This document shows positions 13,623 to 25,299 of a DNA stretch of 64,000 nt, piece by piece; within the stretch, counting starts at the first letter, position 1, and the number at the start of each line of letters is the position of its first letter. A model generated the notes under the pieces. That model saw nothing but the letters and a program-made list of their open reading frames with translations, searched no databases and was not told the origin of the DNA. The stretch spans positions 29,016,001-29,080,000 of the forward strand of contig OX597827.1 in NCBI GenBank assembly GCA_951406725.2, read 5' to 3'. The DNA is from Octopus vulgaris. Lineage: Eukaryota. A program made the position numbers and the translations under genes.

Positions 13623-13837
13623 TATTGAATTTCTAAATGTTTCAGAGTGACATAAGCGGTGGTGGAGCAATATAGTGGTCGTATACTGTCAACTCAATGT
13701 GACAGTCCCGTAAGGGAATTACACCACTGCCATTTAGCCCTAGGAAACATCGACGTCTCCTGTCGGCTTTGACACATTTTCTGTGTCCTTATATTTGCAA
13801 AGGGGAGGCAATCACCCCCGCAAGCCGGAACAAGGCA

Positions 13838-13884
13838 CCTGAAGACATATGTTTCTGAGTGTATTGCTCATCGTCAGTTCAGGG
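13838..13884 (-). ncRNA. Minimal type-I hammerhead ribozyme
   Basis: ccctgaa-CTGACGA-tgag(caataca)ctca-GAAA-catat-GTC|ttcagg; palindromic stem III ACATATGT. Confidence 0.9.
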
Positions 13885-14135
13885 TAGCCTGCCTCGCTCG
13901 CTGAGATGACTGCAACCTCTCTAAATGGCGGTGGTGTAATTCCCTTACGGTACTGTCACATTGAGTTGACAGTACACATCCACTATATCGCTCCACCACC
14001 GCTCATGTCTCTGAGACATTTAGAAATTCAATATTTCTAATTTCGGTGATAAGGAAATAAATTTTACTGATAATATGATATATTTGCAGAGAGGTTGCAG
14101 TCATCTCAGCGAGCGAGGCAGGCTACCCTGAACTG

Positions 14136-15762
14136 TGTTTGCGTCGGTTTTTCGGATTTGCGGTTTAGTGGATTGGATTTTTTTGATTATTGTTATTGAG
14201 AACTGTTGCGTCGTGTTGAATTGTTGAATTCTTTGTTGGGTATGCAAGCCCAAACTTATGCGGGAGCAGCAGGCAAAAGCCTGGCTGCGAACGTATTACA
14301 GTTGGAAGAAATAATTGTCGAAAAGGAAGATTTGAGGAAGTACTACGACAGCTTCAAGAAGGAAGGAGAATGTCTGAGGGTTACACCACCTGAAGACGAA
14401 GTGAAAGAATCGGAGAAAAAATCATAACATACAGAACATGGAATGTGATCTCAAAGAGAAAGAAGTAGCAGAGATGGAAGAGATTGAGAAATGTCTACAG
14501 GAAATTAAAGGAAGAACTACCTTCTACAATAGAGGTAGAAATTACGCTACGGTAGACGTTCGTTTCGAAAATGAAGACGAAGCGAAAAGGAACGCAACGA
14601 CAGTGTTGAGATCGGAAAAATGGGTTTTACTCCCTAGTTATTGTGGAAAAAGAGCAGTGAGGATACGAATAAGCAAAATCCCACCGGAACTTGATACCGA
14701 AAGAATAGTAGCCGCAATAATCCATAACTGCAAGGAGAACGTGGACATACTTAAGCTGGAAAAGTCGAATGAAATAAACTGGTGGGGTTATGCGGTGCAA
14801 GCCGTAGTCCACATAACCATGCCAGATTTGTATAACATCCCGGAGGAGTTGGTGTTCCCCGACGAGACACGTCTGAGAGTCATGGTGGAGGGGAGACCTC
14901 CAGTGTGTTATAAGTGTAAGAAAAGAGGGCACACGAAAGATGTGTGTCCTGAAGGAGAAATACAAGAGAGGAAGATGACACTGGAGGAAGCAATAAGAGC
15001 TTTGACAGAGGATTTAGGAGATAATACGGAAAGTGACGACGAGTTAGTGAAGGAGAAAGAAGAGGAAAGAACAGAAGAAAAAGAGGATAGAAAGCGAACA
15101 CGGGTGGAATCACCACCCAAAGACCAAAAAAGAAAAAAACTAAAAGGAAGTATGCTGACGGGACAGATGATCGAACGCCCGAAGGGAGAGATACAGCAAC
15201 TGAACTGAGTGAAGGTTCAAGGTGGGAGGAAACGGTAAAATGGTCAACAAAAGTGGAAGAATGTCTGAAAACATGCAAGGAAGGAGGAAGACCTAAAGGA
15301 AAGAATCTCAGAGCTGTAATATTGTACACAAAAGATAAAGAAATTGAGAAAAAATTAGCAGTAACGAAGAATCTAACGAGAGTGAAATTGAACCCGAGGA
15401 TGTACGATGACAAAACAAAGGCTGCAATAGTGGAAAAAGAGACGGTAAATAAATTAATAAATTTGTTTTCAGATACAGTTGTAACCATAAAGTATTACGT
15501 TCGGTATGACAGTTTGCCCGGAGTTATAGAACAAGATGAATTACTCGTTTACATTACGGACGAACACCCCAGATAGTATAACTGTAATATAAATGAAACT
15601 ACTAGATTTGGGGGGCTCGTAAGGCATTTCATTAATTCAGTGTTAATAATTCATTTCATTTAATATCATCCTTTTTATTTTTTATTATATGTACCCCATG
15701 TCCTGTATTGCATTGGTATGTCCCCTCTTCAGTCAGGCCATTGAGCCTATAATAAAGAGAAA
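14136..15762 (+). mobile_element. ORF1-only non-autonomous L1/Tx1-derived (HAL1-like) retroelement
   Basis: Flanked by a 20-bp TSD aggcaggctacc(c/t)tgaactg (14116-14135, 15763-15782); ends in aataaagagaa; gag-like ORF, no RT. Confidence 0.8.
14242..15576 (+). pseudogene. Tx1/L1-type ORF1 (gag-like, CCHC zinc knuckle) with frameshifts
   Basis: N-terminal TYAGAA; EGRPPVCYKCKKRGHTKDVC = CX2CX4HX4C; charged tail; ORFs 14206-14427, 14438-15208 and 15253-15576 join via frameshifts near A-runs. Confidence 0.8.
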
Positions 15763-15772
15763 AGGCAGGCTA

Positions 15773-15819
15773 CCTTGAACTGACGATGAGCAATACACTC
15801 AGAAACTTATGTCTTCAGG
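15773..15819 (+). ncRNA. Minimal type-I hammerhead ribozyme
   Basis: ccttgaa-CTGACGA-tgag(caataca)ctca-GAAA-cttat-GTC|ttcagg; predicted cut after 15813. Confidence 0.85.
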
Positions 15820-15979
15820 TGCCTTGTCCCGGCATGCGGGGGTGATTGCCTCCTCTTTGCAAATATAAGGACACAGAAAATGTGTCGAAGCCGACAGGAG
15901 ACATCGATGTTTCCTAGGGCTAAATGGAGGTGGTGTAATTCCCTTATGGGACTGTCACATTGAGTTGAGAGTATACGAC

Positions 15980-16010
<31 letters not shown>

Positions 16011-16090
16011 ACAATTGCAGCGTGGAAGGTGTTTATAAGCCATTTAAGAAACACAAAAGCCGTTCGATTCACTTCAACATTTAAGTTTAA

Positions 16091-16140
16091 TTTGTCAAAA
16101 TATTTTCGTCGCTAAAATCCGCGACCTGTTCACTGACAAA
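16091..16140 (-). ncRNA. Variant hammerhead-like motif (G3:C8 core); second copy 17457-17506 (+)
   Basis: tttgtca-GTGAACA-g-gtcgc(ggatttta)gcgac-GAAA-atattt-tgacaaa. Confidence 0.55.
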
Positions 16141-16279
16141 AATCCGTGCTGCATCTGAGAAAGTAACAGTTCTTTGAAACTATCATTGATGCTTCTAGAA
16201 GTCTCACCTATGTATGACTCTGGGTTAGTCGCGCAAGCTCCCTCCTGGCACTTAATCTGGTATACAGTGCCCTTGGTTT

Positions 16280-16627
16280 TGCAAAACCAAGGGCACTGTA
16301 TACCAGATTAAGTGCCAGGACGGAGCTTGCGCGACTAACCCAGAGTCATACATAGGTGAGACTTCTAGAAGCATCAATGATAGGTTCAAAGAACACCTGG
16401 ACAACTACATTGAAAGGAAGCCAAACTCCATCTTCTACCAACATGCTGTAGACTGCCACAAAGGATCCTTAGGGAAACTTAAGTTGAACATCCTATCAAC
16501 ACATCCCACCGATGCAATGTTGAGACAGGTCACAGAAGCTGTTTGTATACAAGAATACAAACCTACTCTCAACCGAAAGTCCGAATGGAGTAACATCCAG
16601 ATCCCATTCAGAAGGACTATTCTATAA
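16280..16627 (+). pseudogene. PLE GIY-YIG endonuclease domain fragment (not in ORF track)
   Basis: CKTKGTVYQIKCQDGAC...SYIGETSRSINDRFKEH...HAVDCH...RQVTEAVCIQEYKPTLNRKSEW; open frame to TAA at 16625-16627. Confidence 0.9.
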
Positions 16628-17644
16628 CCACCCCTCTCTCTCTCTCTCTCTCGTTTACTTGTAGTCCTTACATACAGGTTGCAATGCGTATGTGCAGTTA
16701 TATATAACGGTATGAGCGTACGTTGTTTGATACGTACAGTTGCACTTAGGCGTTGTATCCATTCACAGTTAGACGGTGATGAGAGGAACAAACACACACC
16801 CACATATATATATATATATGTGTGTGCGTCTATACAAACATATATGTGAATATGTATACAACCTTCAACAAAGTAACAGTCATGTACACAACTTGGACGG
16901 ACACATGCCAGTACACGGACATACGTTCACATACACATACACATGTACACACTCTCACAGACACGTCTGCCCATTCTCCTAGACACTCACATACATACAT
17001 ACATACATACATACATACATACATACATACATACATACATACATACGCACAATTATAAAACAAAAGTTCTGTGATATAGAGATAAATAGGTTTTAGGGTA
17101 TAGTTTTGGGAGTAAGGATCGTAAATCACTTCCAAGCTTCGTCGGGGGGAAGTTGAAATTTGATATTATTGTGATGAGTGGTCACTCTACATCTATCCAT
17201 CGCTACAGGTTTATAGCTTTATGTTTATAGTGTGTATGTGCGTGCATATACACACACATACATATATACATACATAATACATACATAATACATACATACA
17301 TACATACATACATACATACATACATACATGCATACACAAGCGTATGTACGTACATGCATACATACATACATACACACATGTATGCATACATAGACACAAA
17401 CATACGTACATATATATGACGAACTAACTGTTACTTTCTCAGATGCAGCACGGATTTTTGTCAGTGAACAGGTCGCGGATTTTAGCGACGAAAATATTTT
17501 CACAAATTAAACTTAAATGTTGAAGTGAATCGAACGGCTTTTGTGTGTTTCTTAAATGGCTTATAAACACCTTCCACGCTGCAATTGTCTTCGTTTCAGC
17601 ACACGATCTCAGATCAAATTACTTGCTATGCGAGTACATCTCCG

Positions 17645-17696
<52 letters not shown>

Positions 17697-17701
17697 TATA
17701 T

Positions 17702-17740
<39 letters not shown>

Positions 17741-17842
17741 CAATACTAAATGTCTGAGCGAGGTATACACAGTAGCTGCACATCATAAAATATATCTGTC
17801 ACCTAAATGGGGCTAAACTGTGTGCCAATAGCCAGCTGGAGG

Positions 17843-17905
<63 letters not shown>

Positions 17906-17949
17906 CATATATACATATATATATATATGTGTGTGTTTATATATATATG

Positions 17950-18612
17950 TTGTTATATTTCGAAATGGTCATTTTGCCAGTTTAGCCAATAAAAACACAC
18001 GCACTATATATTTGGTGTTACTTTTCTTCAGTGTTATTTATTTTTTACATTAATCATAAATATATCTCTATGTGCATCTATGTTTATTTAGTGTGTGTGG
18101 GGGGGGGGATGCCTGTAATATTTGTATCTTCTGTTTATATACGTTCATGTAATTTGTTTTTGTTGTTGTTGTTTTTGTTTATTCTTATTTTGATCATGTG
18201 TTTACATCCACTTATTATTATCATTACATATGCTTGAATAAGAATAAACAAAAACAACAACACCAAAAACAAATTACATGAACGTATATAAACAGAAGAT
18301 ACAAATATTACAGGCATCGCCCCAACACACACACTAAATAAACATAGACGCACATAGAGATATAAGCTTGCGCAAATGAAGACATACAATAGAAATACAA
18401 AATGGCTGACGGTTAGTAAGGAGAGACACAAATAAGAAAGAAGAAAGCAAAGGACCACTGATGCGGTCACAGGAGTGTGACGAAAGAACTCTGGCCGAAA
18501 TAAGATTATGATTAATGTAAAAAATAAATAACACTGAAGCAAAGTAACACCAAATATATAGTGCGTTTGTTTTTATTGGCTAAACTGGCAAAATGACCAT
18601 TCCGAAATATAA
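17950..18612. mobile_element. Non-coding inverted-repeat element (PLE pLTR-like)
   Basis: 17950-18059 is inverted at 18507-18612; 18062-18190 is inverted at 18237-18364; flanked by (AT)n; a short piece also at ~30603-30646. Confidence 0.75.
18452..18496 (+). ncRNA. Hammerhead motif (A9->C variant)
   Basis: gacca-CTGATGC-g-gtcaca(ggag)tgtgac-GAAA-gaa-CTC|tggcc. Confidence 0.6.
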
Positions 18613-18694
18613 TAATATCTGTTTCAACACACGACTTCACATAAAAAATCTTGCACAACAAATATATAAACGTATAAATATATATATATATATA

Positions 18695-18791
<97 letters not shown>

Positions 18792-18792
18792 C

Positions 18793-19000
18793 GGGAAGGT
18801 TTACGAAAATAAACAAAAGACGAAGGCAGGTGGAATACAAACAAAGAAATGTATTTGTATAGTGCTCAGGAATTAGAAATAGAGAAAGTCTTTTACGTTT
18901 CGAGCCTACGCTCTTCGACAGAAAGATACACAGAAAAAAAACAAGGACAGAAACAAGGAGAGGAAAAAATGCGTGTAGGAGCTAACGATATATCATGGCG
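18793..19000 (-). mobile_element. pLTR-like repeat (same family as 1395) with hammerhead-like motif at 18888-18926
   Basis: tcttt-CTGTCGA-a-gagc(gtag)gctc-GAAA-cgta-aaaga on the minus strand. Confidence 0.6.
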
Positions 19001-19007
19001 TCCAATA

Positions 19008-19103
<96 letters not shown>

Positions 19104-19728
19104 ATACAGCCTTAAGACTTTTATTTGATAGCCGTTGATACTCAAGAGTTTCTCCGCCCTTTGACGGGTTTTGTTTTTCATCCCGCATGGAGACAGGAAT
19201 AATCGGACTGAATACCCGATCGCGCGATTAAACCATTGGGAGTGAAGGTCTCCTAGCATTTGTTAGGGCATCCTTCTAGTAGAAGGTAACTCGGGTAACT
19301 GGGATAACTCCGACATAAAACCTGCGGCTCAGTGGTTACCGATGATGTTGACCTGTTCTTCTTTTCGGATTATGGCTGCTGTTTCTTAGTGAGTGGGATT
19401 GACTCAATGCACAACCTTTCCTCACTTTAAAAAAATTTTCTTGCACAGGTATTGCACGATAACAACATTGATTAAGATTCGTGCAATGGCCATACTCGAT
19501 AACAAGGGGGCAGCCACCATATATATATATATAAATAGATGAGTGTATTTTACCTTGTTAACAATTAACACGGAAAATAAATAAATAGTTACCAGGGCAG
19601 CAAAAATCTCACATGTAAAGGTGTTGTAACTCCTTGTTTATAAAGTTAGAAACTTCGTGTTTACGTTGAATATTTTGAATAATATGAATAAAAAAATGGA
19701 GTTAACGCAGGTGTAATCAAATATTTTT

Positions 19729-19814
19729 ACTTTCGACACATGTTTCGAAAATTCCACTCATACTATTCAAAAGAATAAATGGTATAAACAATGCAATCTT
19801 CTCCTCAGGAAAGT
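19729..19814 (-). ncRNA. Type-I hammerhead with long stem-loop II
   Basis: actttc-CTGAGGA-gaagatt...aattttc-GAAA-catgt-GTC|gaaagt. Confidence 0.8.
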
Positions 19815-20015
19815 GAAAAAAAACGAAATTCGTCAATAAGACAGTTTAGCAAAAATGATGGATTTGTATTGCGATAGAAAGAACGCTATTAATATTGTTT
19901 AAAAAAACGTTATATGATAGAACGTCATAAGTAGCTAACAGAAAGAGTAGGGATATTAATAGTGAATGTTAAATATAAAGGAAATCATGGTTTAAATTAT
20001 ATATAATGATAGAGA

Positions 20016-21335
20016 CTACTTATATGCACTAAATGTATGTTTTTGCCAATGCTTACATCTGTATGCTCGCTCTATAACCATGTTTACTAGAGTATTTTTA
20101 GAAAAAATAATGAAAAATAGCTCAGAATTGCAGAGAAGACAGAATTTCTTGCCTTTGTCATATGGTATCGAAATTGAGAGAATCAACCATTCTAAATGAA
20201 ATTGTTCATTGTGGTCTTTTAAATCCCAAATCAGTTTGCTGAGACCGGCACTATTCCGTTTATTTCTATCCCTAAATGTTGAGTAATGGATAGAAATTCT
20301 TTTAGATAACTCTAACGATGTGCTTCCAATGTAAAATCGTACTTTATTACGAGTCCTGATTATACACTGGTATATAGAATTTTTAATCTTAGAGTTACTT
20401 GACATAAACTTAATTCTATTGGAATTGACTTCAGATACAATAACCTTGTTATTAATATTTCTCGAGGGTTGGATGGTATTAGCTAAATTAATGTTAGTAT
20501 TAGTAAATGTATTAATATTTAACAGTTTGTTATTATAAGAAGGGATAATTTGCAAGAGATTTTTTGTGTTTGAAAATCATATCCTAATCTTATGTGAATT
20601 GATTATAGAGTAATATCTAGAATTGTTTGGAAAATTCCTAGCAATAGCTTGACGAAACAGCAGTGGGAGATTAGATTTAATTTGTCTCCCGTAAGGAATT
20701 ATTAACCAAATATTTTTACTAGTATTCATACCGTAATTACTTTTGAAGGTGTTATATTTACTTATAGATCGATAATAGGGGATTAAATAAGGGTTATCTG
20801 CCTTCATTCGCTTTGTATCGGTGCGTAAGTTATGTTTGTTATCAATAATTCTTTTACGACTAGAAATCTTATCTACATTATTGATTTTACAATTAGACTG
20901 AGCAGAATCTATGTAGAAAATTTTCTCTGTATAACCTGATTTGATTAAGGCAGAGTTATAGAATTCAGCGTTATTATTGAAAATATCAACATTAGCAGAT
21001 AATTTAGATAATCTAAATGAAATATTCTTAACCAAGTTCTTAGTAATTGCTCTAGGACGATTACTAAATTTACTAATGTACTTAAGATTGGTCAACGGTT
21101 TACGATATGGGAGGTAAGAGTCACTGTGTAAATTAAGCGTAATATCTAAAAAGTTGGCCTTCGTCATATCGTCATCAAAAACGATTTTTAAGCCCATTCT
21201 ACTGAAAAAAATTAACTAAATTATTCTTAACTTTTTGTACCTTTTGGTCGGAAACATTTTGGAGGTAAAGTAAACAATCATCACTATATAGACCTCCATA
21301 AATGTTAGGGAACTCTTCAGCCATTTCAAAAAGAA
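20016..21335 (-). pseudogene. PLE RT C-terminal half plus GIY-YIG endonuclease (frameshifted)
   Basis: GLYSDDCL, NFLDITLNL, PYRKP...YISKFSN (RT/thumb); SIYQC...FYIGST...RISIH, CLLCNSE (GIY-YIG). Confidence 0.9.
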
Positions 21336-21483
21336 TATATTAATATCCCTACTCTTTCTGTTAGCTACTTATGACGTTATATCATATAAGGTTTTTTTAA
21401 ACAATATTAATAGCGTTCTGTCTATCGCAATACAAATCCATCATTTTTTGCTAAAATGTCTTATTGACGAGTTTCGTTTTTTC

Positions 21484-21569
21484 ACTTTCCTGAGGAGAAG
21501 ATTGCATTGTTTATACCATTTATTCTTTTGAATAATATGAGTGGAATTTTCGAAACATGTGTCGAAAGT
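21484..21569 (+). ncRNA. Type-I hammerhead with long stem-loop II (inverted copy)
   Basis: Same motif on the + strand; predicted cut after 21563. Confidence 0.8.
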
Positions 21570-21610
21570 AAAAATATTTGATTACACCTGCGTTAACTCC
21601 ATTTTTTTTA

Positions 21611-21675
<65 letters not shown>

Positions 21676-21689
21676 ATATGTATGTATAT

Positions 21690-21890
21690 TTTTGCGTGTC
21701 TGTGTTTGTCCCTCCTACATCGCTTGACAACTGATGCTGGTGTGTTTACGTTCCCGTCACTTAGCGGTTCGGCAAGAGAGACCATTAGAATAAGTACTAG
21801 GTTTACAAACAATCTGTCCTGGGGTCGATTTGTTCATCTAAAGGCGGTGCTCCAGCATGGCCGCAGTCAAATGACTGATATAAATAAAAG
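21690..21890 (+). mobile_element. SINE family A, 3' half
   Basis: gatgctggtgtgtttacg...aaggcggtgctccagcatggccgcagtcaaatgactga. Confidence 0.8.
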
Positions 21891-22506
21891 AATAACTATA
21901 CACACTTGAAATATACCCTAAGTATTAATTTTCTATTGATTTAATATGGATGGATATAATATCACAATATGATATTTTTACCAATTATATCTACTTGAGT
22001 TTTCTTAACACATTAGATAAATATACTGTTATATTCTTACTTTACAACTCTAGTATACACAACCTTGCTCCTATTCTAAGGTGTATACCAATTTTTATAG
22101 TATGTTCGTTATGCATAGATTTTATCAGCTAACGGTTTGCAGCGGTTTACTCAACAAGCAGGAATCGAACAACTATTTTGTACATTTTGAATTAGCTCTG
22201 AAGAGATTCGACTTACAAATAATATTTAATTTAATCAATTAAATTTCTGAAGGACGAGAACTGAAACAGCTGGAAGGGATGTTTGTCAATATTTAAATTA
22301 ATAAATAATAATTTATTAACTACCTTGCTATTTTCTCATCTTATTATAATAAATAAATATACATATATATATAACCCACGGCTTATATAGTTATCGTGCA
22401 GTTGAATGTTAACAGTAATGTTCAATATCCCTTGTATAGGTAAGTGACCAGTATTATCATAGGATTTTGCTATCCCTGAATGAGGTTTTTAACCTTTATT
22501 TGTGCT

Positions 22507-22541
<35 letters not shown>

Positions 22542-22954
22542 GCGCATATAGACATATAGATATATATATTTATACCCTCACACACACACAGACACACACA
22601 CACACACACACACACACAAATATATATATATATACAACTATATGTATATACGTATATACATATATATTACATATTTATAAACCTACACAGATATGTATGT
22701 ATATGTATACACATATTCATTTGGGTACGTAAATACACACCCACACACACGCACATTTATATATATATATATATATATAGTTAATCCAAACATGAAAACA
22801 CAAAGAGAAAACACAACAACGCGAGGACGTGGAACAAGTATAGTATTTGTATATATATATATTGATTAATTTGTGAATAGATGTGATGTGTATAGCCGAA
22901 ATTGCATTCGAGGCCATAGATATTACAGAAAAGGAGGGAGAACTCTGCAGTCCA

Positions 22955-23110
22955 TCGCAACGTTACTCATTTTTGCCACCTGGGTGGACTGGAGCAACGT
23001 GAAATGAAGTGCTTTGCTCATGAACACAACGCGTCGCCCGGTCCAGGAATCGAAACCACAATCTTCCGATCATGGTGCTGACACCGTAACCACTAAGCCA
23101 CGCGCCTCCA
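22955..23110 (-). mobile_element. SINE family C head
   Basis: ggaggcgcgtggcttagtggttacggtg...ggtttcgattcc on the minus strand. Confidence 0.8.
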
Positions 23111-23735
23111 CCCCGTCTCCATTACAGCAGCGAAAAAGAGCGAGAAAATACAGTCTTAGGCTACGCTAAAAGATACCTACGATTAGCAGCATGGCTTTCC
23201 ATTTATATAAAATGAAGTTACATGAAGCCGAAGAAGCGCACAAACGCATACATTCGCACGCAGCTACATACTTGCATACACACACAAATTTAAGTGATGT
23301 TATGCAGACCGAGTTAAAAACAACTGGAGGCATAGAAATATATATATATTAAAATAAACATATCAATATGCCTCGAGTTGTTATTAATTCAGTTAGACAA
23401 CATAAACATTATATTAATTCCTATCGCCCAAAACTGTTGTATATGGAGCTCTTTCGGTTGAATTTGCTTCAAGTAGCCTTCCTGAAATATATTCGGAGTA
23501 AAACATACACACACACACACACATACAGATGCGCGCATATACATATATAGAAGTGAATGTGTGAGGAGTGTATATGTGTGAGGGTATAAAGGAATATATA
23601 TATACGTATGCATACATATATACATAGAAATATATCTATATGTCTATATGCGTGTGTATATGTGCGTGTGTTGGTGTGAAAGTGTGTATATATATATGGA
23701 TATATATATATAGAGAGAGAGAGCGAGAGAGAGAG

Positions 23736-23793
<58 letters not shown>

Positions 23794-23914
23794 GTAGATA
23801 GATATACACGGTCCCAAAATAAATAAAGATAACGAAGACAAGGTAAAAAGAAACAAACAGGTTCTATTAGGTTGGTGCTCAGGGAAATAGGAAAAATATT
23901 TAACGTTATGTACT

Positions 23915-23995
<81 letters not shown>

Positions 23996-24131
23996 CTGTA
24001 TGTATATACATCGTATCATCGTCATCGGCGTTTTATCATGTGTCTAAAACATATACATTTTTATATGTATATATATATATGCACACACTTATATATATAT
24101 ATATGTGTGTGTTTGTGTGTGTGCATGCATA

Positions 24132-24219
<88 letters not shown>

Positions 24220-24724
24220 CTTACACGCGCGCAGGCACTGTAGTGTGTAACGCTTTCTCTGATTAGTCAGAACAAGTTTTCTTACATAGACTGTAGCAAT
24301 AGCATGGCTGCCATGAGTTTTATCCATCAAGTACAGCTGATAGAAGAAAGTTTGTGAATCTGAAAATTCCCCATGCTCTCTAAAGACTCTAAAGTCTCAA
24401 ATGGACTCTTCATCGCTCTTTCTGCTTTCTCGACACTCATCTCTAATATATACATAATTCAGTTAGAGGTTATGCTAGCCTCGTGAAGTGATGGTCTCAT
24501 CCACGGGAATACTGGTTCAATACTTGATATTTTGGGGGAATCGACATCCTTGAAATAATTGGTGCATTTATAAACCATAGTTTATCTTCATGTAAAGGAC
24601 GAAGAAGAAAATGGACATGAGTCTACAATGTCTATAACTGAAACAACTGTAAGAGATAAGGATCAATTTTTTGCTTCTCCATTTCCCTCTTCTTGATATA
24701 TATATATTTATATATATATATGTA

Positions 24725-24785
<61 letters not shown>

Positions 24786-25072
24786 GTATATGAATATAGG
24801 GATGATATTAAAATACCATCACAACTGGTAAGCTAATTATCAGCCGTACAGGCAAATAAATAAAATATATACATACAATATTAGATATGTACATATATAC
24901 ACAAGGGTACTACATGACTACCTATATATATTTAGTTGTGTATTTTTCCCTTGTTAACAATTAAAGACTTTCATTTCTTCACACCATTTTAATCATTTGG
25001 AATTATACCAGGGATATCTTCGAAACATGTGTCGGAAGTAAAAGAATTTGTATAACACTTGCGTTCCACTCC

Positions 25073-25217
<145 letters not shown>

Positions 25218-25299
25218 TAGATATAGATATGTATGTATGTACACACACACACCTATATGTATACATATGTCTGCATGTGCGTCATTTTGTATCTGGGTT

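Larger units (their letters stand above)
13616..15985. mobile_element. Retrozyme-like element, ~352-bp unit: inverted copy (13616-13921) plus partial tandem copy (13921-15985, interrupted)
   Basis: 13616-13921 is the reverse complement of parts of the + unit; ctaaatgg...ccactata recurs at 13921 and 15920; carries an HHR; flanked by (AT)n. Confidence 0.85.
16011..17650 (+). mobile_element. 5'-truncated Penelope-like element with inverted pLTR
   Basis: Inverted repeats 16011-16171 / 17426-17589 flank a GIY-YIG coding fragment; (AT)n on both sides. Confidence 0.85.
19540..21615 (-). mobile_element. 5'-truncated Penelope-like element with inverted pLTR
   Basis: ~280-bp inverted repeats (19684-19961 / 21336-21615) flank minus-strand RT and GIY-YIG remnants. 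Confidence 0.9.
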
